NCBI GenBank assembly: GCA_002269645.1
Contig: NIVC01000137.1
Location: 186,001-250,000 of the forward strand
Source: Macrostomum lignano
Taxonomy: Eukaryota
Direction of reading: 5' to 3'
DNA: 64,000 nucleotides
Shown piece after piece: positions 38,118-56,654 of the stretch (positions are counted from its first letter, which is position 1; each line of letters begins with the position of its first letter). The position numbers and the translations under genes are program-made. The notes beneath the pieces were generated by a model. That model saw nothing but the letters and a program-made list of their open reading frames with translations. It did no database searches and was not told the origin of the DNA.

Positions 38118-39895
38118 TTAAAATCGTTTTTTCCTCTCGTCCAGACTGACCCCGCCAGGTCCCACGGCCACCACAAGCAGCAGGCCGCCAATAACCGACA
38201 TAGTCTGGAAGAAGTCGAAGCGCATCACATCACGCCTAGTAGACGTAGCCGCCAAACTCCACCAGGGATTGGCAATCAAATTGATGATTAATAATTTCAA
38301 CGAAGCAGCCAGTGCGCATAATTTTGTCTTATAACCGACTGCTATGAGTAGTACTAGCAGCAGATCAATGCCGAAATTCAGCATGTAGACAGCGGTGTCA
38401 AACCTGGCCAGGGTGGCCAGCATTAACAGGACCAGCAGGCGACCAGACAGCAGCAGCCAACGACGGTGCCGGCCGCCTTCGCCTGTGCTGGGCAATCCAG
38501 CAAACAGGGAGCGGGCTTCCACCCTGCCAGGGGGGAGACAGGTAAGTGTACAGCTATGTTATTGGAATAACTTGTTGAGGCAAAACTTAGACAGAATTTA
38601 GGCGCTCAAATCGTCATAGTATAAATTCCTGAGTTATAAGATTTCAGTCGGATCCCCTCTGTGGAACCAGTAGAATCTCCCTTAAGTAGAATATCCCCCT
38701 CCAGTGGAATATCCCCTACAGCGAAATATTCCCACACAGTGAAATATTCACCTCCAGTGGAATATCCCCTCCAGTGGAATATCCCCTCCAGTGGAATATC
38801 CCCTCCAGTGGAATATCCCCTCGAGTGGAATATCCCCCTTTAATGGAATATCCCCCTTTAGTGGAATATCCCCCCAGTGGAATATCCCCTACAGCGAAAT
38901 ATTCCCACACAGTGAAATATTCACCTCCAGTGGAATATCCCCTCCAGTGGAATATCCCCTCGAGTGGAATATCCCCCTTTAATGGAATATCCCCCTTTAG
39001 TGGATATCCCCCTTTAGTGGAATATCCCCCCAGTGGAATATCCCCTACAGCGAAATATTCCCACACAGTGAAATATTCACCTCCAGTGGAATATCCCCTC
39101 CAGTGGAATATCCCCCTTTAATGGAATATCCCCCTTTAGTGGATATCCCCCTTTAGTGGAATATCCCCCCAGTGGAATATCCCCTACAGCGAAATATTCC
39201 CACACAGTGAAATATTCACCTCCAGTGGAATATCCCCTCGAGTGGAATATCCCCCAGTGGAATATCCCCCCAGTGGAATATCCCCCTTTAATGGAATATC
39301 CCCTCCAGTGGAATTCTCATTCAGTAAATCAACCCTTAAAAGAATTCCCTTTTAATGGAATCCCCCTAAGTTGAGTTCCCCTATGGTGGAATCAACAATT
39401 AGTAGAACCCCACGTCAGTGGAATCCCCTTCAGTGAAATCCCACTCAGTAGAGTGAAATTTTACACAATTGAGTCACTTTTTCTATCAGCATCTCTCTCA
39501 TTTAGATAAGCAGCTAGTCAAGGAGCGAATGCCACTCACCTAGACTCAACAAAGAGAAGCAGAACACCACCGCCAATGGCCAAATTTCTCAATAGAAAAT
39601 TGGACTCCCACAGAATCTGGTAGGCAACAGACTGCAGCAGCAGTACAGAGGCCAGCATAGCGCAAGCAATTTCAACGCGACACCGGAGCAGCACCATGGC
39701 ACAGCCGGCCAGTTGCAACAGCATGTTGGCAATTACAAAACTGTGCCCAGCAACTGCTGGAGCATTCCACTGATGCTGAATGTACTCAGCCTGATCAGAC
39801 CACTGCACCCACATTCGAATGCCATCTTCTAAGTAGGTGCTAATTAGGCATAGGCGAGCCACAGTTGGTATAAGATGTTTGCTTCGGCGTAGCAC
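38118..39895 (-). CDS. SURF4: Surfeit locus protein 4 (ER cargo receptor, Erv29 family); first short exon not located
   Basis: Exons 39895-39540 and 38523-38118. Motifs LPTVARLCLISTYLEDGIRMW-type N-terminus, FLLRNLAIGGGVLLL, VGYKTKL, FDFFQTMSVIGGLLLVVAVGPGGVSLDERKKRF* (C-terminal dilysine ER signal). Confidence 0.95.
38670..39325. repeat. About 17-bp minisatellite CCAGTGGAATATCCCCT with larger block duplications, in the SURF4 intron
   Basis: Directly visible; the block CAGCGAAATATTCCCACACAGTGAAATATTCA recurs four times. Confidence 0.93.
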
Positions 39896-42800
39896 CTGTT
39901 GCAATAAAACAAAATTAATCTTTGTAATTGAATAATAACAAATTAATTAACAAGTATTTGCTAGAAGGTACTGCCACGTCATATATGTGCAACACCCGCT
40001 TGATCTGTCTGGCTGGCGAGGGGCCCAGCTAAGTCGCCTTAAACATAGTACTAATTAGATAACGAGGCATTTAGCCTTATTAATACAGTCATAGTTACTC
40101 TCACCGTTTACCCAACATTACGTTATTTTTTTGCTTAGGTTTTTTTTTGGAAGTTGCATGGCCAGTGTAAATCGGGGGGTTGTGCATGTATGTGCCAAAT
40201 TATTAGCTAGAGCCTAACACAGGTATGGAAAGTTACAGATATGGTTATGGGAATGCATGTTTTCCATGTCTATTAATATTGGGCACTCAAATCACTAGAA
40301 TCAAAATAATTGAAATCCTTAGAGTAGAAGTAATGAAGAGGTTTAAAATTCAGATGAATTCTAGAGAAAAAAACACAATCTATTTATTGAATTGTTAAAT
40401 ATCTACTAGTTTAGAGGATGAAGCCCTGATTATTAAAGTAGTAAGGTGGGGCTCAAAGTCAAAGGACTTCAGATTAAGAATAAGAGAAATTAGATGTGCA
40501 TAGCACAGAAGGACCCATTTTAATAAGAAGATGGTAGGAAGTATAATGTGGCATAGCAAATTGGCAAGTGGCAACAGGAGGTATAGTAGGTGGCAAGAGG
40601 TATAGCTTAGTGTGGCAAAGTAATGGGAAGCAGTAAGAAGTGCAGATTGGCATAACAATGTGGCAATAAATGATATATGGCATAGAGAAATGGCAAGAGG
40701 CCCACATTCTAGATCCTAGATAATATATACTTGATCAACAAAAAGTTTGAGTTATCGCTATGTCTCAATGCTTCAATCATTTGCTCTGAAACTTTAATCA
40801 ATTCTTGATGCATGTCTCAGCTTTGCAATGACATCTTAGACAGATGATTGTCTTTTGCATTTCCTAAGATATTTGCTTCCAAAATGTGTTTGTAAGGGGT
40901 GCCAATGAATTTATCTTTTGACACACTTTGTATTTGTGCCATGTTTTTTCTTTTGGGACAGAAAATTTCTACTTATAATTTTTTTAAAGCTGAATATGGC
41001 ATTAGAGTAAGGAATGTATTCCAAAACATGAATTAATTTTTTGTTTGAATTATCTGTTTGAAAGAAAAATATTTGTTGGGAGAATATTTATTAGAGAACC
41101 CGCTTACCCACACATGTGGCAGTGGCAGAAAGCAATAGGAGATGCAATGTGGCAAAGCTTTATAATACTTTTACACTTCGTATAGGCCTTTTGAATATAA
41201 TCTCACTCAACTGTTTTTGAATTCCAAGCCCATTTTTTTAATTTTGAGAATTTCTTAAAATACAATGACCTTAAAAAAGACTAGGCCTAAGTCTTGAAAT
41301 TTTGTCTTTGAGATTAAGACTAAGATCAAGATCTTAGTAAGACTCTAGCTATTAATCTAGTAACCAGATGAAAAATAGCATTGCAATTTGTCAAGTTACT
41401 AGACAAATAATAGCTACCTTGTTCTTATTTTAATTCACTAGGCCTAGTCAATTGCTATTTACTATAAACTATAGAACTAGGCTTAGGAGTTATATGTTGC
41501 ATCTTATTATTTGTCTATTAAAAGTTTTTAGTCAGCCAGCAAACAAAAAGGTGGCAGGAAAAATCACTGCATACCATACTAGGCTGGCTATTAGGCACAA
41601 GAGTCTACTATTGTATTTTTCTTAGTAGTAGGGGCCTAGGCCATATACCTAAAACTTTTATAATTGAATTTTTTTAATTTTAGGCCTTGGCAACTTTTGG
41701 CACACATAACATGATCACAACTATGGGATGAAAGTTGACAGAATGGGACACAGTCATAGCATAGTAAAAGTAAACACTAGTAAATACCTAGGCCTAGCCT
41801 AGTAAGCACTGCACAGATAATTTAATAGTTTACAAACCTTGTCTGCAATATCTTCTAGATTATCCAGGAAATCAGTTTTGCCTTTATTGTAAACAGACAT
41901 TCTTTAAAACTTTAAGATAGGCCTAGCTGGCTCAATGCTAAAATAGCTATTTAGAAAACAATGAAATTAAAAGTAGGCCTAAAAGAAATATGCAAGTTCT
42001 AATTCTAATCCAAAATTTAATAATTTATAGAAAATCGCAACTTTTCCCTTACAAAAGAGCTATCTAGTATATGACTACTTTGTAACTTCTTTACACTTCG
42101 TCAGATAACTGCTTTAGTTTCTAACATTAGGCTAGTTTTGTGTCGTGGTGATAGGTTAGTGGGTTAGTAGGTCAGTAGATAGTAAGAAAACGTGACTTAC
42201 TAAATAAAAATTGAAAATACTTAGTTCTTTTTTAGTTAAAACAAAACGTACACTTTTTAAATAACAGAAAGCAAATATTAATTGAAATATTTTAATTTTT
42301 TCAATGAAAGTATACATTTATATTTACAAATACTTTATCTGATATTTTTAAGAAGGCATCATCATCGCGGTTATTCAATTTTTTGCTACTTTTAATTAGC
42401 CTAGCGTAGCCTAGGGCCAATGTAGCCTAGCCTATAGCCTGGGTAGGTTAATTAAGCCAGCTGTTAAGCAAGCAAAAGTTAACGACTGTTGGCGTTATAC
42501 GAGTAATTAACAATGCAAATTAATCAGCCGTCTTTATTGATATGTAATATTAGAAAACATTCAGACGCATATGATTCGGTGTAATTCGATCTATATTACC
42601 ATATTACTAAAATAAAAGTAGTTCTTACTCTTATTTATTTTAATATTTTACCATTGTCAGCTGTCAGAATCGAACCCATGCCGATCATCGCCATGGCCAT
42701 ATCTAATTCAAGTTCAAATTGATGCGTGTATGATTTATCATTTATGTAATTTAAATGTACTATAATCTATAAACATAGTATAATGTTCAGGGGAATAGGC

Positions 42801-43458
42801 GAATAGCCATGAATTTCCTATTTGGGAAATAATGTTGTGTTATGTGACTGCTGTCTGCTGATTTAGTAGAATTTAATATTTTTACTCTATACTATATAAT
42901 CTTTTTTTATTTTGTATTTTCTAGGTGGTGACTAATAAGAGTAAATGATAGCAATATATTCCAATAGCATTTATAGGCATTGGAACATTTTAAAAAGTTA
43001 GGGGGGATGGGGAGGTACTATTGATACCCTTAAAAAATGGAAAGGCATGCCTCTGCCTTGCCCATAATTTGGGAGACAATATATATGCCAGGATTTCCCA
43101 GTGTATAACAAGGGTCTTATCATTTTTAGTAGGCCTATATATTAGGATATATCCCAGCATATTTGATACAGCAGATACATTGTATCAACTGAAAATTTTT
43201 TCATATTAATATACAAACCTGGCATATAAGGTCTTGTCATTTTTTCTAGCATTAAATGTGTTACATGGTATACATTGTACACTAATACACAATCTAAACT
43301 ATGGTGCCTTGCCCTTCTCCTATTTGGATGCCACCAAATTTTTTAACCTCTAATTCATTAACTCTGTTGACAAATTCAGCTACCTTAATAGACACTATTG
43401 GCAAATTTAGTTATCTGTTAGGCCTAAGCAATTGCCCAATTTTTTATTGTATGGATAT

Positions 43459-44710
43459 ATGATGGGTGATCAAAAAGTTCTGCAACCTTTTGTTATAGCT
43501 TTTAGTTATAGAATCGGCAAAAGCCAAAAACTTACAAATATGTGGCTATATCTGTTTGCTATATTTATATGCATTTTTGGTTTCCAAATCCAAATGTGCT
43601 CTAGTCAAATTTCACAGCCATATATTTTCCATGTGTTTTCAGTAGCTTATGGAAACATTAAAAGACAGTGTTCACTTCTATATCTTTATGTGCATGCAAC
43701 TTGGTTGCAAAGTGACTGAGATTCATACTGATTTGGTAAATGTTTTAGCTGACTTTGCTCCATCATTTGACATGGTTGCCTGCTGGCTATGCCACTTCTT
43801 GGAAGGCTGGGACAGCTTCAACAATAAACCAAGGTCTGGCCAACCCTGGAATCTGTGACCAAAGATGTTGTTGCCTATGCCAATGCAATAATATGTGAGG
43901 ATTGCAGAATTATGCTGAAATTCTTTGCCTATGAGCTTGGTGTCAGCTATGGAAGTGCTCATAACATCATGCATGAGCAACTGGGCCACACAAAGATATG
44001 CACTTAGTGGGTACCCCATCTCACTCTGGAATAGCAAGCAGAGAAGGTGCATATCTGTTGCTTGTGGGTGCAAATGCTTGAGCCCCATGGCCCACGACTA
44101 TTGGATGTCATCACAGGAGACAAATGTTGGATCTCCTTCTTTACCATGAAGGATAAGCAGTCCAACATGGTCTGGCTAGCAGAAGATGAGCCCAAGGCCC
44201 AAGGTGCTAAAGACTGGATTCCATAGTCGGAAGCAGATATTCACCTTTTTTTTCAACTCTCAGGGTGTTGTATCAGTAAACATCCTTCCTTCTAGTGGGT
44301 GCCACAATGACTGCCAAGTACTACTTAGACACTGTTCTGCCAGGCATGCTACAGGAGTGGTAGGAACTTGCGCAAACTAGGCATGGACCTCAATTCCTGC
44401 TGCACTATGACAATATGGCAGCGCACAGAGCGGCCTCAACCATGGCATACCTGGAGCAGCAGGTTGTCCAGCTGCTGCCCCATCCAACCTACTCTCCATA
44501 CCTAGCTAGCACCATGCGACTTTTGGCTGTTTCTGAGAATCAAATCCATCATTTCTGGAAGGCCATTTTCACACATACAAGACCTTGCCCAAGCAGTACA
44601 TTCAGCTCTACAGGGTATACCAACTTTGGAGTACCATGACTGCTTTCAGACATGGTGCATATAGATTGCGATGGTGCATAGATGGTGGTGGAAAGTGGCC
44701 GGGAGTAGGT
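43459..44710 (+). mobile_element. Decayed mariner (Tc1/mariner) transposon
   Basis: Broken frames give an HTH region (TEIHTDLVNV..W..FLEGWDSFNNKPRSGQP), ITGDKCW, LHYDNMAAH, LPHPTYSPYLA and CDFWLF. Left end TGATGGGTGATCAAAAAGTT is mariner-TIR-like; no right TIR seen; multiple stops and frameshifts. Confidence 0.88.
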
Positions 44711-45959
44711 GTTGCCGTGCAGTGCGCAGGCTAGCCTCCAGCAATGCAATTGTTTGCTGCGCAGCTAGCAATTCCTGATGCTGGTCCACTGCCATATTTA
44801 CTTCTTACATTGGCATGAAAGAGTTAAGAGAAGCATTAATTACATATCAGATGTACATGTAATCCATTATAAGAATAATTAATTACAGAACTGCACCTGA
44901 ATAGCCAATTTAGCTTGCGCCACTGTGGCGTGGCACCTGGCTTGTAATATGGCATCTTGGTTGGCTGCTTGGTCAGCACCGACAGTGCCAGCCTTGGACA
45001 TATCTGTAGCGCCGGCCAGATGCAAACTTCGCTGTTTTGTGACCATGTCGTGGAGCCATTCATTCTCAATTGGCTCAGGGTCTTTCAAAAGCCAAGTCTT
45101 TTTTTGGCACTGAGCCATTATCAGCTTGGATTTTATCAATTTTAGGTAGATTAAAATAGATTATTTTTTATGTGTATCCAATGTTTGCAGTGGCGGCACT
45201 TTAATGCCTGCGGTTGACTTTTTGGACAGCTAGGGAGTCTTGGGCTCCATGCAGGCAAACTGAAACGTCCATGAAAGAACTTTTTATGCAATTTGCTAAA
45301 ACAGCCCATTTAATCTTTCAGTATTGCCATCATGCTTATATTTTTACGAAAGCTGTAGCCTCCAAGTTTATACTTCTTTAAAATTATATTACTTCTAATC
45401 CTACAGCTTCTAACTATGACTTTTAATGTAATTTTTCAGTGCTCCTTTCAGAATTTTCTATCCCTATTGGAACTATATGAATACTTTCTATGGCATGCAG
45501 AAGGATGTGCCTTTTTTATTGTAATACTTGTAATTATGTCATCAACATTATGGTGTTATATAATCATAATTCAAATAACAGTCAAAGATGAGTTACTGTA
45601 AGCTGGAATAACAAAGTATATTTAATTTACATTACAAAAATATGCACACTATTAAAGCTATGAAGTTCTATGCAGAAAATTTGCAGCCTAATTGCAAATC
45701 TCTAAGCCCTAAATAATTAAATTTGAATTAATTGAAATAATAAATAACAATATATAGAATTATGAAATATAACTTATCTGCCATGCAGATATCTGCATAG
45801 TATATTTTCCCTCCTTAAGATATAGTGCACACAACGTATTTGCTTATACAGAGATAGGTGTCTTATGGGGTACAGGCTAGTATATACAGAGTTCACATTT
45901 TTGTGGGATGGATATTTGCTCTTCTATTTGCAAAAGAGCTGCAGTCACACACCATTAAG

Positions 45960-46495
45960 CCTCCAACTTGAGCTTCTCTTTTAGCCTCTAATCCAACCTA
46001 TAATCCAGCCTACAATCCAGCCTCTAATCAAACCTCTATTCTAGCCTCTAATCTAGCCTCTATTCCAGCATCAAATTCAACCTCTAATCTAGCCTTTAAC
46101 TTGCACATCAAATCCAGCCTCAAATCAAACCTCTAATCCAGCCTTTTTTCCAGCCTCTAATCCAGCCTTGAATTTAGACTTTAAATTAAACCTCTAATCC
46201 AGCCTACAATCTAGCCTCTAATCAAACCTCTATTCCAGCCTCTAATCCAGCCTCTATTCTAGCATCAAATTCAACCTCTAATCCAGCCTCTAACTTTCAC
46301 ATCAAATCCAGCCTCTATTCCAGTCTCAAATTCAACCTCTAATCTAGCCTCAAATTTAGCCTCTAAATTAAACATCAAATCCAGGCTCAAATAAAGCCTA
46401 AAATCTAGCCTCGAATCTAGCCTCTACTTTAGACTCTAATTTGAACCTCTACTCTAGCCTCGTATCCAGCATCAAATACAATCTCTTTTAATGCT
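45960..46495. repeat. Degenerate 12-bp repeat CTCTAATCCAGC upstream of Rab6
   Basis: Directly visible; frames are interrupted. Confidence 0.85.
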
Positions 46496-47056
46496 GAAGA
46501 CTATTTTTGAGGCTAGCATCAAACCAGCCTCAAAAAATCTGCTTTGAGGTTCATTCAAGGCTGCATTTGAGGCTAGGGTAAAAATGAAAGGCTGCCCTTT
46601 TCCCATTGGGTATTATAATGAAAAAAGAGCTTAAAAATCTTGGCTATTCAATAACTATAAAACGAATAAATGACTACACATTTATATGAGTATATATAAG
46701 TTGTATACACTTAGGTAAATATTATAATTATACATACTAAATATTATTATAGCAATGTTACTCATTTGACTGAGGGCTGAGGCTGTCACTAACTGGTCCA
46801 AACTTGTCACTGAGGTATCTAAACTTGTTACCAAAATGTCTTGTTACCAATTTGACTAAGTAACTATAATTTTATATATAATAATTTATAGTAATTTGAT
46901 GTATAGGCTTTTTTATTGTGTTTTTGTTTAATTTGTTCATTTTGTTGTTCTCTTTGTCAAATGACTAACTCTTGTATCATGTCACTAATAAGTTATTGAT
47001 TATCTTCATGCCATTTGAAATAATAATAATTTCAAATATTTATTCAGTTATATACA

Positions 47057-52621
<5,565 letters not shown>

Positions 52622-53839
52622 CCAATTGATTTTGAGGTACTATCAAGACAAATACATTAGCGCTTAAGCAGCTGGCTTAAGTCATTGCGTCACGAGATTC
52701 AATAGTTCTAGGGAGTTTCGCAAATATTGCCAATTATTCGTATTTGATTAAATTTTATTAAACCAGAGACCGGACCGGCTTACGATTTATCGTTTTAACA
52801 GTCCTAGTCAGGACCATGAATTATATTCTACTTACGTTGATAAGTTGGTAAAATCCATTTCCCTCATCTTTGTGGCTTTACGTCGTTATTTATTGGAATG
52901 TTAATACTTCAGTAGTATAACCAAGTCATTTTTTGAGCTTTTAAGTTTTTGTTTGCCATTCCAAGGAATTTCGCGGCGCCCTCTGCTTGATCCGCTTTTC
53001 GTAGGTCGTAATGTACTATTAAATAGTATTTATTACATATTGTTTAAATATGCTTAAATATTAAATGCTTAAATGCTTAAATATCTATATATCTATTTGG
53101 TGTTGGTCTATTGTGCCAGATTATAAATCGTAATTCGTTAATTTCAAAAGAAACTGTTGTGCATGCTTTAAAATTTACCCTCGCTTATTGTTGTTGCAAT
53201 GCTATTGCCGATTCTGCTGTTTTTTCAAGTGTAGACTTTACAGATAAGATACAATATATTACTGTACTGCAAATGATAAAACTACTGAATAATTAATTAT
53301 AAAGTTCGTTCCACGTGGTTCCAAGTGCTATTAGTTTTATTCAATTCAAAGTGAATCAACGTCAATCAATTCAACGAATAAAAAAAATTGGATTTGTTTT
53401 TTTACAAACGTTATTAATGACGCGAGGCAACTTCAGCTGTTTGTTGTTAAGGCAGATCTGTAGACAAAATTGACAAACTACGAGTGTATAAAAATTGGAA
53501 TGTCAATATTGGTGAAGGAAGAAGAGCTGTCAATGAAAAACAGCGTTTGCGAGAAGGCATTTAAAACTGGCTGGAATAAAATTAATTCGTTACCGCATCA
53601 TTGAATCCTGACCACTATGGATTAACAGCGCAGATTAACTATTCAGATTTCCTTTTCGATTCTGTCAAGTCTCCTCTTCTGTCTGTTTCGATTTGTTATG
53701 AAACCTTTTCCGACAGATAACAAAAATAACTGTACAAGACTTAACAAGAATACTATTAAAAACATTCCTTTTTTGCCTCCCCAACGGGGGGGGCAAGGGT
53801 TGCTAGTCCATGTACTCGTACAAAAACCTAGCTACCCAG

Positions 53840-56344
53840 TCAAACGGGTCGCATATTATCCCTAAGCGTCGCATCGTAGCTCAGCAACCGGGAGAATCTT
53901 CTCAACAATCGCAGCCAATAGCAGGCCACATCAGAGTCTCGCAGATGCTTGTCAATAAAATGGGCGCCCTCAGCGGCCAGGCGCTTAGCCCAGTCAGGAT
54001 TAGCGCGCAGGAACAGCAGTTTATCTTCGGCGTCGCGCAAGTTGGGCAACAGCGGCACGTAGTGAATCCACGGCCGCATTGCCGGGTAGAAAAACTCGCG
54101 CCAATTTGAATTCTTGTCAACGGCGTGCAGCACTGCCGAGCCGCACAGGAGGATGTGACGCAGGCGGAAGCTGGCCGCTACACCGCGCATGTTGATTAGA
54201 TACCTGCGAGCCAAAGCAGATCGGTAAAACCGTCTTGATTGATGCAAAAATATCAGCAACAAAAGGCATGATTATAAACTAGCCACTATCAGCATGCGGG
54301 AGTGCCACTTGCTCAGCCAGCTCACCTGTACTTGCAGTGCTCAGGCAGGCTGACGTAGGGCGCCGGCTCCAGATTCAGGGTGTCGGCGGCCGACTTGTAA
54401 GCCTGATTTTTTGTATAACGGGCGTCGAACAGCTCCGGCTTAGCCAGCGACAGCAGAACGATGGCGTCGCGTTCCTGCGAAGTTCGAGAGCCTCTGAAGA
54501 AGGCAACGTCGGTCTTGTTTGACCAGGGATGCGCCTGGGCGGCAGCGAGCAACTGCTGACGGGTGCCGTTCCAGTCGCCGATGCCATTGCTGCAGATGAT
54601 GGATTGATTTATAGATAGGTATTAATATACAGAAATACGATCTACACATATTTAAAATACCCCAAAGGCAGACAGAGAGAGACAAACAGACAGACACAGA
54701 CAGAGACAGGCAGACAGACAGAGATAAACAGACAGATACAGAGACAGGCAGACATAGACGGACAGAGACAGGCAGCAGACACTAAGGCTGTCTAACCTGT
54801 AAATAGGATGCAGACAGGGGCCGCCCTGACTGAAGGACCAAGTGGGATACAAAATATCCCTATGCCGGCCGTCGGACTTGCTAAACGACATGACAGGCGC
54901 GGGTCTCAACGGAGTCTCCGGAACGAGAGGATAGTCGGCCACGTTGATAACGAATTCCACATTCCTAGACACACGCGGCGCCGCACGCAATAGATAGTGC
55001 TCAACGCCTGAGCAGCGGGCCGAGAAATGACGGCATTCGCTTGAGTTGCGGTAAAGTTTTCCGTCTATGATCTTGTAAGATGGAGGGGTTGAAGCGGTAC
55101 TACATTAATAGTACATGCATTTGTACATAAAAATCGTGATACATTTAAAGGTGAAATATGTTGCAGCTAATTAAATTATTGGCAACAGCTAATGATACGA
55201 GATAATAGCTTCGTTGCCATAGTAACAGATAATTTATAGCTGATAGCGCCATTGTCTACCTCTAGTTAGTAAGAACAGTGAGCATAAGCGCATTATATGC
55301 TAGGCTCAGTGTTCAGTTGCATAGAGGACGTTAAGTAACGGCTTGATAAGAAAATTTTGTGGGTGGGGCTGAGGAATCAGAGTAAGCGGGGCAGGAAAGT
55401 GGGGGTGGGTTGATTGGTCCGAGTTGGCGGGGCAGGAAAGTGGGGGGTTGGGTTGATTGGTCAGAGTTGGCGGGGCAGGAAAGTGGAGGGCGGGGTTGAT
55501 TGGTCCGAGTTGGCGGGGCAGGAAAGTGGGGGTGGGGTTGATTGGTCAGAGTTGGCGGGGCAGTAAAGTGGAGGGCGGGGTTGATTGGTCAGAGTTGGCG
55601 GGGCAGGAAAGTGGAGGGCGGGTTTGATTGGTCAGAGTTGGCGGGGCAGGAAAGTGGAGGGCGGGTTTGATTGGTCAGAGTTGGCGGGGCAGGAAAGTGG
55701 AGGGCGGGGTTGATTGGTCGGAGTTGGCGGGGCAGGAAAGTGGGGGGTTGGGTTGATTGGTCAGAATTGGCGGGGCAGGAAAGTCGGAGGGTTGAGGGGA
55801 CGGAGATTGTGGGCAGGAAAGTGGGGGTGGGGTTGATTGGTCAGAATTGGCGGGGCAGGAAAGTCGGAGGGTTGAGGGGACGGATATGGCGGGGCAGGAA
55901 AGTGGGGGGTGGGGTTGATTGGTCAGAATTGGCGGGGCAGGAAAGTCGGAGGGTTGAGGGGACGGATATGGCGGGGCAGGAAAGTGGGGGTGGGGTTGAT
56001 TGGTCAGAATTGGCGGGACGGGAAAGTCGGGTCGGGAGGGTTAAGGGGACGGTTCAGTCACCCACCTGGTACAGAATTCCGCCCAGTCGGACAGCCTCGT
56101 CAATATCCTTGCGGTGAACACCGCCAGCAAAAATGCTCAAGTCTGACTTCAAAGTCTGCTCATAGATGGAACAACTAGCGATGTCTAACGGACGCTTGTA
56201 GGCCGACCAGGCCGATTCGAGTTCCAATTGATAAGTGCGCCAAGCTGCGCTACACTGGCCGTCGCCAGCTGGGCCGCAGTTAAGCGACAAAGAATTTTTA
56301 ACTATTACTACTAACAAAGCTACTGCAAGTAGGAATGAACGCAT
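53840..56344 (-). CDS. POGLUT1: Protein O-glucosyltransferase 1 / Rumi (GT90, CAP10 domain)
   Basis: Phase-compatible exons 56344-56066, 55071-54797, 54589-54326, 54203-53840. Signal peptide; [94 protein letters not shown]. Confidence 0.94.
55209..55329 (-). ncRNA. H/ACA snoRNA-like element, copy A (POGLUT1 intron 1)
   Basis: 5' hairpin CCTCTA/TAGAGG, internal pocket, GAACA/TGTTC upper stem; H box AGACAA 15 nt from the pocket top; second hairpin. The terminal box reads ACG rather than ACA. Confidence 0.5.
55385..56040. repeat. About 42-bp G-rich minisatellite GGCGGGGCAGGAAAGTGGGGGTGGGGTTGATTGGTCAGAGTT
   Basis: About 15 copies in POGLUT1 intron 1. Confidence 0.93.
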
Positions 56345-56366
56345 CGTCTGTTCGAATGCGTCTTGG

Positions 56367-56385
56367 CTGAAATAGGAAAAAACAC
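56367..56385 (-). promoter_or_regulatory. Unpaired 3' splice acceptor (candidate spliced-leader trans-splice site) of POGLUT1
   Basis: Minus strand TTTTTTCCTATTTCAG 22 nt before the ATG, only about 290 nt downstream of the RPL34 stop. Confidence 0.6.
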
Positions 56386-56654
56386 AATTAATTGCACTCG
56401 TGAACGCTTGTTGACGTTATTGGTGTGAGTTTCAGTCAGAACAATTGAACATTATCTAGGGAACGATTTTTGGATTGAAGTCTAGGATAAAATTAAAAAA
56501 AGAAAGCAAGACAGAAAATTGATCCAACACATTCCTGCTTATTTCTTAAACCATCGGATGTTTTCATTAGAATAACAGCAGTCCTGCCTTTAAAACGGGA
56601 ACAAATCAACTAGCTACTGCAGTCACATCTGGCGTTTCGGATGAAGCTTCAATT

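Noticed and set aside
42320-42400. Candidate first SURF4 exon (DDAFLKISDK|gt)
   Set aside because: Phase fits, but an in-frame stop lies upstream and I found no ATG or compatible earlier exon.
44710-45200. Short ORFs adjacent to the mariner relic
   Set aside because: No recognisable domain; under 90 aa and overlapping on both strands.
45960-46495. 12-bp repeat as a coding PASN or GLEA repeat protein
   Set aside because: Frame-breaking 13-nt units and stop codons on both strands; no start or splice context.
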